DNA of 59,208 nt, filler included, from Fonticula-like sp. SCN 57-25 (taxonomy: Eukaryota), in assembly GCA_001724245.1 (NCBI GenBank). It is 6 parts of 6 records of this genome, joined end to end, with 100 filler letters (N's around TTAATTAATTAA, not from the genome) between each part and the next. Parts side by side here need not be neighbours in the genome. Positions count along the whole stretch, not along the records: positions 27,780 to 37,857 come from MEDX01000270.1; positions 37,958 to 47,082 come from MEDX01000271.1; 4 more parts are not named here. One strand, 5' to 3'. Numbering within the stretch: position 1 is the first letter of the stretch; each line of letters starts with the position of its first letter. Shown piece by piece: positions 33,866-44,231 of this stretch. Below the pieces are notes generated by a model. The model was given only the letters and a program-made list of their open reading frames with translations. It made no database searches and was not told where the DNA came from. A program made the translations under genes and the position numbers.

Positions 33866-36418
33866 ATGTCTGATCCACGCGCCGACCTCGGTCTCTCGGA
33901 CGGATCTGTCGCGGCAGGCATGCCGGCGCAGCTCCCCGTGATGGACGGCACCTCGTCCCGCCTCATGCGCCGCAACTCGGACGGCGCGCTCGAGGACGAC
34001 CTCGCGCGCTTTAGCATCTCGAACAACTACAGCGATGGTCCCAGCGGCATCGACGAGCCCGTCTCCATCGCGTACGCCTTACATTCGAGCCTGGCTGTTC
34101 CATTGACTGACACCTTTTGTTTCAGTCGCCGCTTTTACGCCGACTCGATCCGCCGCGATCTTGGGAGTCCCGGTGTCCCGCCGCAGTTCAACGGGAGCTT
34201 CCTTGACGACGACGACTCGTTTGGCATGTACGTGCCCCAGGCTCCCGGCGGTGGCCCTGCTCGCCAGCAGCAGCAGCAGCAGCAGCAGGCCTCTGGCGAC
34301 AAGCCCAACATGGGTCGCCGCGACAGCATCGGCGCCCTTGACCTTGCTCCGCTTGCCCAGACGCGCCACGGTGCGCGCAGCCAGATGCGCGGCGAGATGC
34401 CCGCGTGGGACGCGATGCGCCAGGCGCAGCACCCGTCGGCCCCCTTTGACGCCGGGCAGCACCAGCAGCGGTACCAGTCGCCCGTGCTCCAGCAGCAGCA
34501 ACAGCAGCAGCAGCACGCCATGTTTATGCGCATGCAGCAGCAGGGCGCTGTGGACCCTTATGCGCGCCCCGTGTACGCGACTGAGCAGGACTATACGCAG
34601 ATGCTCGCTCCCGTCAGCATGCACGGCGGCTTCCCGCACTCGACGTCGCCGTCGTCGTACGCTGACGAGTGGCTTCCCGAGGCGACTTCGCCGGTGATGC
34701 GCCGCCCGCTGCCCAAGTCTGTGTCGGTGCCGAGCAACCTGACGGACGCTGGCGATGCGCCGCAGCAGCAGCAGCACGCGCAGCACGGCATGCGCGGCGG
34801 ATGGGACAGCCACGGCTACGCGGCGGGTCGCCAGATGGGCGGCGCGTGCCGCTACTGCAAGAACGTGGGCTGCACCCGCGGCGAGCGCTGCCGCTACAAC
34901 TCGCTGGCGCCTCCGCAGGGCCAGATGGGTGCCTACAACGGCGGTGGCGGCGGCTCGCTTCGCCACTCGCCCGACCCGTCGGGTCATGACGGCGCGCGCG
35001 ACAAGGCTGGCTCGCGCTCCAACTCCAAGTCGCCCGGCGGCCAGCACGGCGGCAAGAGCGGTGGCGGTATGCACAAGCGCGCGCCGAGCGAAGGGACGCG
35101 CTTCCCACCGCTCGAGCAGCTCCAGGGCCAGATCTACCCGCTGTGCCGCGACCAGCACGGCTGCCGTCACCTGCAGAAGAAGCTCGAGGAGGGCGACCCG
35201 GCGCACATTGAGATCATCTTTAACGAGATTTACGATCACATTCTCGAGCTCATGAGCGACCCCTTTGGCAACTATCTTTGCCAGAAGCTCTTTGCGCACT
35301 GCACGGACGAGCAAAAGGTGACGATCACGCGCAAGGCTGCGCCCGGCCTCGTCGCTGTGTCGCTCAACATGCACGGAACGCGCTCGGTGCAAAAGCTGAT
35401 TGACTGCCTCAACACGGACGAGCAGGTGCAGATCATTGTCGAGGCGCTGCGCGGCAGCGTCGTGCCGCTCATCAAGGACCTGAACGGCAACCACGTCATC
35501 CAAAAGTGCCTGAACCGCCTGCGCGCCGAGCAGAACCAGTTCATCTACGATGCCGTTACGCAGAACTGCGTGGCCGTCGCCTCGCACCGCCACGGCTGCT
35601 GCGTGCTGCAGCGCTGCATCGACCACGCCAACGAGGCGCAAAAGATCCAGCTCGCTACCGAGATCACGTACAACGCGCTGACGCTCGTCCAGGACGCCTT
35701 TGGCAACTATGTCGTGCAGTACATCCTCGACCTCAAGAATCCGCGCTTCTCGGACGCGCTCATCCGCCGCTTCCTCGGCCACGTCTACGAGCTGTCCCTC
35801 CAAAAGTTCAGCTCGAACGTGATTGAAAAGTGCATCCGCGTCGCCGAGCTTGACACGCGCCGCGGCCTGATTTCCGGCCTGCTCGACAAGGAGCGCCTGC
35901 CGCACCTCCTGCAGGACTCGTTCGCCAACTATGTCGTGCAGACGTCGCTGGACGTGTCCGAGCCCGAGCAGCACGCCGCGCTCGTCGAGATCATCCGCCC
36001 GATCCTGCCGTCCATCCGCCACCTTCCCTACTGCAAGCGCATCCAGTCCAAGCTGTCGCGCGACGTTGCCCAGCCTCGCGATGGCATGGCCCCGCCCAAC
36101 GGCATGATGATGGGCGGCCCGCCGTCGCAGCAGCAGCAGCAGGCGCCCATGATGATGATGGGCATGCACCCGCAGCAGGCGCAGCAGCAGCAGGCCATGC
36201 ACATGGGCGGCATGCAGCAGGTGCTCCTCCCGTACCCGATGCAGCAGGCGCAGCAGCAGGCCCAGCAGCAGGCGGCCTTTGGCATTCCCGGGCACATGAT
36301 GGCGCCGCAGTACATGCGCGCGCCCATGCACGCCATGAACGGCCAGCAGATGCAGCAGGCGCAGCAGGCGCACATGTACGCCGCCATGCACTCGCCGTCG
36401 ACCGGCGCAACAGAGTAG
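33866..36418 (+). CDS. PUF4: Pumilio/PUF RNA-binding protein, Puf4/Puf5 type, with Q-rich termini and a degenerate CCCH finger
   Basis: Eight PUF repeats with recognition sets CRQ, NYQ, TRQ, NHQ, CCQ, NYQ, SNE, NYQ; CRYCKNVGCTRGERCRYNS upstream; probable in-frame intron ~34072-34125. Confidence 0.9.
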   Translation: MSDPRADLGLSDGSVAAGMPAQLPVMDGTSSRLMRRNSDGALEDDLARFSISNNYSDGPSGIDEPVSIAYALHSSLAVPLTDTFCFSRRFYADSIRRDLGSPGVPPQFNGSFLDDDDSFGMYVPQAPGGGPARQQQQQQQQASGDKPNMGRRDSIGALDLAPLAQTRHGARSQMRGEMPAWDAMRQAQHPSAPFDAGQHQQRYQSPVLQQQQQQQQHAMFMRMQQQGAVDPYARPVYATEQDYTQMLAPVSMHGGFPHSTSPSSYADEWLPEATSPVMRRPLPKSVSVPSNLTDAGDAPQQQQHAQHGMRGGWDSHGYAAGRQMGGACRYCKNVGCTRGERCRYNSLAPPQGQMGAYNGGGGGSLRHSPDPSGHDGARDKAGSRSNSKSPGGQHGGKSGGGMHKRAPSEGTRFPPLEQLQGQIYPLCRDQHGCRHLQKKLEEGDPAHIEIIFNEIYDHILELMSDPFGNYLCQKLFAHCTDEQKVTITRKAAPGLVAVSLNMHGTRSVQKLIDCLNTDEQVQIIVEALRGSVVPLIKDLNGNHVIQKCLNRLRAEQNQFIYDAVTQNCVAVASHRHGCCVLQRCIDHANEAQKIQLATEITYNALTLVQDAFGNYVVQYILDLKNPRFSDALIRRFLGHVYELSLQKFSSNVIEKCIRVAELDTRRGLISGLLDKERLPHLLQDSFANYVVQTSLDVSEPEQHAALVEIIRPILPSIRHLPYCKRIQSKLSRDVAQPRDGMAPPNGMMMGGPPSQQQQQAPMMMMGMHPQQAQQQQAMHMGGMQQVLLPYPMQQAQQQAQQQAAFGIPGHMMAPQYMRAPMHAMNGQQMQQAQQAHMYAAMHSPSTGATE

Positions 36419-37175
36419 GCCGTGAAAAGAGAGGCGCGGCTGTATCGAGGTTCGATTCCGGTCGGTCGCGGCGTCTTTTTTCGGGTTTGCTTTGTCTCGT
36501 GGGCGGGTCACTCCCCACGTGTATTGACTAGCCTATTTATATTCTCGTCTTTTTTCCATCGTTTTATACCGGGTCGCGCGAGGGTTATAGTGAACCCGCG
36601 CTGATCCTTACTCTATTCCTCTCTATGAATACTCTGCTATATTATCTCTTTCCTATTCTCCTCCCCTCTTGTCCCCTATGTATAATGCTGTTTCTTTTAC
36701 TCTCCCTTCCAACTCGAAACCAACTTCTTGTCTTGCTATTGGTTCCTTCTGTTGTTGGCTACCCCTTCTCGTATCGATTACGTGTACACCAGAAAATGCT
36801 CTTATTTCAGCGGCATGTACTTGTTTAGGGCGCTCGCTTTGTACCTCTAGTATGGATATGCGTGCCGCAGCAAGCACGGCTTTATAATAGAAGGCTCTTG
36901 TTCTCTGAAATCTGCCAACTGGACCAGAACTGAAACATAAAGTGACACAAAAGAAACTTACGAAAAAAGAGGTATTCGAATAGGCATGGCATGCGTCCTG
37001 ATAAAAACTGAAAACTACCAAATTACGTTATGAAATAGAACAGCACCCTTATATGTACACCTAGTAGGCATGAAAAGGAAGCAAAGGTCCCCTTTTCAAG
37101 GACCAGCTCCCTATGTGGCATCTGAAGGGGGCGTCGGACTTATGACTTTCATTCGCTTTCAATCCTCAAACAGAA

Positions 37176-37857
37176 ATGCTGACATCAGCAAATCAACCGT
37201 TACACTCACGTGATCAGATCTTTTCAAAAAGTGTCGCGTCGACCCGTCACGGCCCTTTCCCCTGCAGGGCCGTGCGCGCTCCCTTCGCGCGTCGCCCCGC
37301 CGCCGCCTCCGTGCAGGGCCCTGTGCCTCCCTGTGCAGTGCGTGTAGCTCTTGCTTGAATTTTTGTTGCCTCTTTCGGTATCATCCCGACTAGGTCCCAG
37401 TCATCGTGGCGCCTCTACGGGAACGCCCGGGCATCGAGCCGCAGGCGGTGCGCGATGCGCCGCTCGGCGCGCCCTTTTGCCACAAGCCGGTGCTCGTTGT
37501 GTCGTGCGCGTGCTGTGGGGCGATGCTGTCGCGGCGCGTAATGCGCGCGACGCTGCTGTCGACATGCGTCGATGAGCACTTTTCGACCGACTTTCCGCCC
37601 ACAGAGTGCGTGATGCCGTAATCATCATTGGAATCATATGAAAAATGTGGCTTGTAGTGCTGCTGTGTTACTTTTGACGTTTTCAATTGTAATTTAACTT
37701 GCTCTTTCATTATTTTTTCTGCTCTTGTCTGTGCTAATGCTGATGTGCACTTCTCCTTGCAGAAACACATCGTTCATGGGCCCCGACGTGTGGGACGACA
37801 ACTGCAACTGCCGCCGCTGCGACGTCTCCTGCAACCACTGCGGCAGCACTGTCGGCT
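37176..37857 (+). CDS. FAM72: FAM72 family protein (Yippee-like zinc fold), truncated by contig end; start uncertain
   Basis: CACCGAMLSRRVMRATLL..HFSTDFPPT|..CNCRRCDVSCNHCGSTVG parallels FAM72 CKFCKQVLSSRGMKAVLL..LFSTDIPPT..CKCKLKDIACLKCGNIVG. Confidence 0.8.
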
Positions 37858-37957
37858 NNNNNNNNNNNNNNNNNNNNNNNNNNNNNNNNNNNNNNNNNNN
37901 NTTAATTAATTAANNNNNNNNNNNNNNNNNNNNNNNNNNNNNNNNNNNNNNNNNNNN
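37858..37957. other. Artificial contig linker
   Basis: 44N-TTAATTAATTAA-44N. Confidence 0.98.
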
Positions 37958-39549
37958 CCCGACGCGTCCGTCCCGCGCCTCCTCGATCAGCTGCTCCTCC
38001 TCCTCAATGCCCATCTCGCCCTCAAGCACCGAAACATGATCGCCGTCTTTGCCAGCAATCACGAGGGGTGCGAGCGCGTGTTCCCGGTGGAGGGTGGGGC
38101 GTCGGCCGACGGAATGACGGCGAGGGAAACGGCGGCATTTGTACGCGAGCGATAATGGAGATCGGGTGGGGATCGGGTTGGGATCAGGTGGGATCAGCGG
38201 GGTGGCCGGAAGCGGTGAAGTAGATCGGAGGAAAGGAATGATATTATGACAATGTTATGGCAATATTGTGACCGATAAAGTCACGTCGGTTGTGGTATAA
38301 AAGTGCTAATAGTGTGACAATATTAGTTTTTTATCGCATATAACTTATTCGTTTCAGTGTCAGAATTCTAACCATATCCTTGCTAGCTTGGTGGAAAGTA
38401 CGAGCCATTCGCCCGCGCACAGCTCCACGTGGCCCGCCGCCTCCGCGAACTCCTTTCCGAACCCGCTTCCGAAAGCCACCGTACGATACACGTGACTGTT
38501 CATATCCATTTCTCACGTGACCATTGCAGAGGCGAATATGGCCGCGGCGCTGTCCATGGCCCTGTGCTACATCAACCGCGTATCAAGTGAGCACGTGGCT
38601 ACCCACGTGGCCGCCCGTATTGTTGTTATTTCTGTTTCACCAGATGCGCAAGTCCAGTATATTCCCACAATGAATTGCATATTCTCTGCCCAAAAGGCGG
38701 TACGTAAAAGGAAAGAGGGGAGAAGAGGGAGGGACGAGGGATATATCAATATATCACGTGATGCTATGTGTTCACGTGACAATTGAAGTCTGTATTTATC
38801 CTTCACCGCGTGGCCATTACCATGTGACACTAATTCCATTTTAGGGAATTCCTATTGATATTTGTTCGCTATGCGTGAGCGACTCTCTTTTCCTCCAGCA
38901 GGCGTCCCACATCACGCGCGGCATCTACCACCGTGTCGACCACGTGGACGCCCTCTCGCACTACTTTCTCTCCCTCTACAGCGTGGACGGCCACGTGCGC
39001 CGCCACCTTCACATGCCCGAGAGCGCCGACGTTGACTTTCGCGCCGCGTGCTTTTGCCACAGGCGCGTCATCGACAGCGGTTTCGTGTGCTCTGTTTGCC
39101 TCAGCAGTGCGTGAAAGGGAAAAGAGGAAAGAAATAGGGAAAGAAAAGGGGATTGGGAAGTAGATTATAAAGTATTTTGATTGAATGAAATAGTATTGGG
39201 TCAGTGATTGTATGGTATATTGATGATTGTATGGTCTATATTGATACTATTGATGATTGTCATTGATGAAGGTTATTGATGACTATGTCATGTATCATCT
39301 ATCTGTATCATCTGCTCGTGATGTCTCTCCTTGTCTTTCTACTTACCCCTTTTTCCCAATCCAGTTTACTGCAACAGGAACGCCGTCGTATGCTCCACCT
39401 GTGGGTACGCCCCCTTACTTATCCCTTTACCCCATTAACACACACATAGTGTGCGGTTCGCGCTGCAGCGGCCACGCCAGGTAACAGCAAGGGCACCCCA
39501 GCAAGCGTCACTCCTCGGCACGCCACGCAACGGCCACGTGGCACAGTGA
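37958..39549 (+). CDS. TFB4: TFIIH subunit TFB4/GTF2H3 (p34), 5' truncated, multi-exon
   Basis: LNAHLAL, ALSMALCYINR, QYIPTMNCIFSAQK, FLQQASHITRGIY, VDFRAACFCHRRVIDSGFVCSVCLS, CSTCG. Confidence 0.93.
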
Positions 39550-39928
39550 TGCCCTTTTCGCCCCTCTTTCGATGTACATATTGGCTCATTAATAGAAATT
39601 CATCTTCTGTGTATTTCTCGTGGGTTTCTTTTCCTTTCCACACAAAAAGAATAAGAAAGAAAAAAAGTCTAGCAAAGCAGTTTTATCACCAAACAAAGAG
39701 CACCGGCGGCGAACCACGTGGCAGAAACGAGAGAGATAGCGGCAAAAAGCCGCCGCCAATCACGCGCCCCCAGTGGCCGCACGCACATGCGCGCATTGAA
39801 AGAATGATGAAAAGGAAAAAGAAAGAAAAAGTGACGTTTAAGATGCGATCGGCCGACACACGCGCCACAGCCGCCGCCCCGAAAGGAGACAACTACACCA
39901 CGTGGCCTTCCTCACCATCCCCGCCGTC

Positions 39929-40957
39929 TTAGCAGGGGAGGTTCTCGCTGGCCTTGGTGTTGAGCACGAGCGAGATAATCAGACCGTAAAGCGCAAGCAC
40001 TTCGGCGAAAATGAGAATGAGCACCATGGAAACGAACACACGCGGTTGCTATAAATAGAGAATGGCAGCGTGAGTATACATGGCCGTGTACTTTTATCGA
40101 ATGACGCACCTGGGCAGAGCCACGGACACCAGCATCACCGACAATACCGATGGAAACACCGGCGGCGAGACCGGCGAGGCCGACCGAGAGACCGGCACCG
40201 AGGGAAAGGAAACCGCTGTAAGGTGAGTTAGCGAAAACTGCAAACCGGACATGCACAAGAAAAGTAAAAAGAAAGAGGGCAAAAGGGCGATTGACACGCG
40301 ATGACCAAAGGCCAATCATGTGCAAAGTAGCTAAAGCGCAATAAGGCGCAAAGAAAACATAAAAGCACAAAAAAGAGAATAGAAGAGGAATGAAAGAGGA
40401 TCGGGGCCAAATGGGACGCAACGGTTCCGTAATCGGATTCCGTATCGCCATGGCATGCCCCGAGATTTTCATTGAAGGCAGAGTTTAGGACGTACGCGTA
40501 GAGAGTGTAGTCGGTTTTGACTAGAAAAAATAATGTCAGCAACCTGTCATGCAGCAGCGCGCGGTGAGCGTACGGGAAGAGGTGATGAGCACACCGACGA
40601 CGAGGCCGTAAATGGCGATAATACCCGCCATGACGACGGGAATAATCGACTTGATGGCGAGGTCGGGGCGGAGGACGGCGGTGGCCGCAACTCCGACGCC
40701 CGACTTGGCAGTGCCGTAGGCGGCGCCGAGCGCTAATAACAAGGAAAAGAGAAGCAAGCGTCAGCTCATTGATCGTATGACAGCGATTTTCAACGGCAAT
40801 ATCACGAGCGCAAATAATCAACGAGATCCCCTTTTCTTTCCCGCTACACTAAAACTGTCCAATGAAACGCACAGGTGAAGATGACGGCAGAGGCGACACC
40901 CATGACCGCAAAGAACGGCGCGTAGACCGGGCAGAGCTCCGTAGGCAAGGTCGACAT
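39929..40957 (-). CDS. VMA3: V-ATPase proteolipid subunit c (16 kDa), multi-exon
   Basis: [62 protein letters not shown]. Confidence 0.96.
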
Positions 40958-41230
40958 GGCTCTTTTTTTTTCCTTACTGCACAACCAATTTATAAGCAAA
41001 AATGGTCGGCAAAAAGGGCGTCAGCACAAAGAGCGCACCAAAAAAAGGAGAGAGAAAGGTGGGTTCTTTTTCGAGCGGTTTAGTTCGAAAAGAAGAGTGG
41101 GTGCCACGCGCTAGCCGAGATCCCTGAGAAGAAAGGGAAAGGGAAGCAAACAACAAGGTCCACTAAAAGGAAGAAAAAAGGGAAAAAGACGAGAGCGCAT
41201 ATGGGTCCAAAACTGGTTTTCCCCCCTTCT

Positions 41231-41310
41231 GATTGGCTCAATCCACTTTAATTTCAATCGCGATTGGACCAACGGGGCTGTGACAGGCGTGCTGGTTTGT
41301 TCACGTGGGA
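41231..41310. promoter_or_regulatory. CCAAT boxes and CACGTG upstream of VMA3
   Basis: GATTGG at ~41231 and ~41262, TCACGTG at ~41301. Confidence 0.4.
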
Positions 41311-41687
41311 TCGAATCTGATTTGATCGATGCGACAAGGCGGCGGAAAGCGTCGCGCGAAAGTAGAAGAAAGGGCGAAAAAGAGAAAAGAAGACTCAAAA
41401 CAAAGGAAAAATAAAGAGCAAAAGGTGGTTTTATTTTCCCTGCATTTTTTTGTATTCAAAACAAGAGGAAAATGTCCAAATAGGCACGATTGCCAGTTTC
41501 CCGCCAAGCCTCAGCGATCCATATGTCCATATTTTATTGATCCATACAATGAAATACCGTATGTGATATGCTAGATAGAACAAAATATAAATGTCGGCGC
41601 CATTCAAAGGGCAAAATCTCTACACGATTGACTACAAAACGCGTTGTCTCTGACTTTTTCTTTATCGTCTCTCTGATTTTACCGCGC

Positions 41688-43602
41688 TCACACGGCCAGC
41701 GAGTCGCCGCTCTCCCTCCGGACGCCCTCGGCCGGCACGCCCATGTCGCTCGAGCGGCGGCTGTGCGCGCTGGCTTCGCTGCTCCGCCGCGAGCGGAAGC
41801 GGTTGACGGCGCGCATCACCGTCATGAGGTTGGACATGTTGCGGATCGAGCCGATCGAGCGCGCAATATCATCGTCAGTCACCTCAATGCTAGAGAGAAA
41901 GGCGGGTCAGAGAGCAGAAACATTATTAAAGTGCAGCAAAAGACATAAAATAAGCAAAACAGTAGGCATAAAAAGCACAAATCAGACGACATATGCTTCC
42001 ACAAGTATTCCACATATCATCCCATGGCCCTGCAACTGCATGGCGTACCGGCTTCCGTTGCAGTTCTCCTCCGTGCTCGGCATGGCCACCGCCCCTTCCT
42101 CGGTCACCCACGGGTGAGCCTACCACGTGGCCGTGTCAGTCACCTTTCCCGCCAATTATTTCCCGCGCACCTTCATGTCATTGATGCTGAGGCGGTCCTC
42201 TGAGCTGCGCTGCATCATGCCCAAAATGAGCTGATGAGCGCCCTCGCCCACGTGGTTGGGCACCTCAATACTGCGCCTGTTTAGCAAGCCAAAAATACAA
42301 ACAAAAAGCGTACGGGTCGTTCTTGATGGCCTCGTAGGTCATGTAGACCGTGTCGGCCTTGAACGGCACGCGGCCGGTCAATAGGCAAAAGAGCGTCACG
42401 CCCATCGCCCAAATGTCGGTCCGCTTGGCCGAAAACGTCTCATTGTCGTCTACGAATGGCGAAATTAATGTCAAAATGAATATGAAAATCGCATGCGTTT
42501 AGGGTGCGTACCGCGCGCGACGAGCATCTCGGGCGCCATAAAGGCGGGGCTGCCGGCCGTCTTGCGGATGCCGTCCTCGCCATTGTTGTACTCCTACAAT
42601 AGTGTGAGTGCAAACTGGTCTTAGTTTGCGGGGCGTACCTCGGATACGCTAAAGTCGCAGAGGAGAACGTCGCCGGCGGCGTTGACGAGGAGGTTGTCGG
42701 GCTTGATGTCGCGGTGAGCAATGTCCTGGTAGTGAACTGCAAGCGTGTTAGAGTGCAAATAATGGCAAAAAGATGGCATTGTAAAAAAAATGGGTGGGAA
42801 GAGACAAAAATTACGGCTAAACACGCTGACAAAGCCCTGTAGCGTTGACCAGACCTTGAACCACAACAAAGAAAAAAATATTGATATATTAATTCGTACG
42901 GTATTCAACGCCGAGAAGCAACTGTCTAAACACCTTGCGGGCGTACGCGTCCGAGAGCGGCTCGGCGGCCTCCTTTCCGTCGAGGCTCATGACGACGCCG
43001 TTGGGGGCGAGCTCGAGCACTGCAGACAAAGATCACTTGCGTTAGACATCGCCACGCGCAATCCCGCTGCCGCGCGCGCACCCATGTAAAAAGCGTCCGT
43101 CTCGTCGTTGTTCAGCACCTCGATCAGCTTGAGCACGTGCCGATGCTGCAGCTTCTTCATGATGGCAATCTCGCGACGGATAATGTCAAGCGGATCCTTC
43201 TGCGCCACAGGCTAACAAAAAAACGTCAATTAAAAAAAGAATAAATAAAGAGGAGCGGTCGTACCGGGGCGCCCGGGGGACGGCGGCCCATCAGGCGAGC
43301 ACCGCCAGCCTGACGCTGCAGGCGAGCCTTGCTAACAACCTTCATGGCCTGCAAATACAACGGTCAAAAGGGAAAGCGTCACAAAAAATGATATAAAAAC
43401 GTACGAATAACTGCCCAGTCTCGCTGTCGGTTACGCGAAAGACGCTGCCGAAGGCGCCTTCGCCGAGCTTGCCGTGCACCATGTACTGGTTGATCTGCTC
43501 GCCATCGTCGACATCGCCATCGGCGCCGGTGACGTTGGTCGTCTCGCCGCGGAACTCGACCGTCGGCGTGACGTTGATCTCGGGAGCAGCGGCGGTCGCC
43601 AT
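41688..43602 (-). CDS. Ca2+/calmodulin-dependent protein kinase kinase (CaMKK/Ssp1-like), multi-exon
   Basis: INQY..GEGAFGSV, Arg/Pro-rich insert, REIAIMKKLQH, HRDIKPDNLL, DFSVS, AGSPAFMAPE, DIWAMGVTL; C-terminal EVTDDDIARSI..VMRAVNRF autoinhibitory/CaM-binding-like segment. Confidence 0.88.
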
Positions 43603-44231
43603 GGCTGCTTTCAGAGAAAAGATAGAGGGAGGGGAGGGCACAGCGTCAGTTGCACGTCCGGATCCCGAATGCGCAGTGACGGAACAAACACGCTGTGGCT
43701 GTTTTGAGTTCCTGGGATGCAACCAATCAGGACGCGATGAATTGCCTATTTGGGACAAACTGTTCCTAATATGGTCGTCGTGCTGCGGCTTCTGATGCGC
43801 GATTGGATGGAAACGGCGGGAAATTTCAAATGCGGAAGGGGAACAATCCAAAGAATGCCTGTACATAATTATGGATAGAGTAAACCGCGTCTGTAGACGC
43901 TTCACACTGTAATACCGCAACGCAACAATGTCGCAAACAGTATGATTATCGATGTAAGCGCACAATACTGCGTATATTACAGTACTCGTTGGTTCTGAAT
44001 TCCTCTCTTTTACGACCCCAAACGCGTCAGGGATGGAAAAGCAGGCATATACACACAAAACTCATTAACTAAACAATAAATATAACCAAACCGGCTTGAC
44101 CCATGCACTTGCGGCTCCACTACCGCATAGCTGCACTCGCAAGCTCGGTATATTCAGGGTCTTACATGTCTTCAAATGGTAGCACGTGATCAAATCACGT
44201 GGATTTACCCGCGCGCACGCATCGCCTCGAG

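Noticed and set aside
34079-36511. Long antisense ORFs (810 aa here; also 9641-10816, 24676-26223, 29954-31387, 57157-58563)
   Set aside because: Shadow ORFs caused by high GC3 codon bias on the opposite strand of real genes; no recognisable motifs
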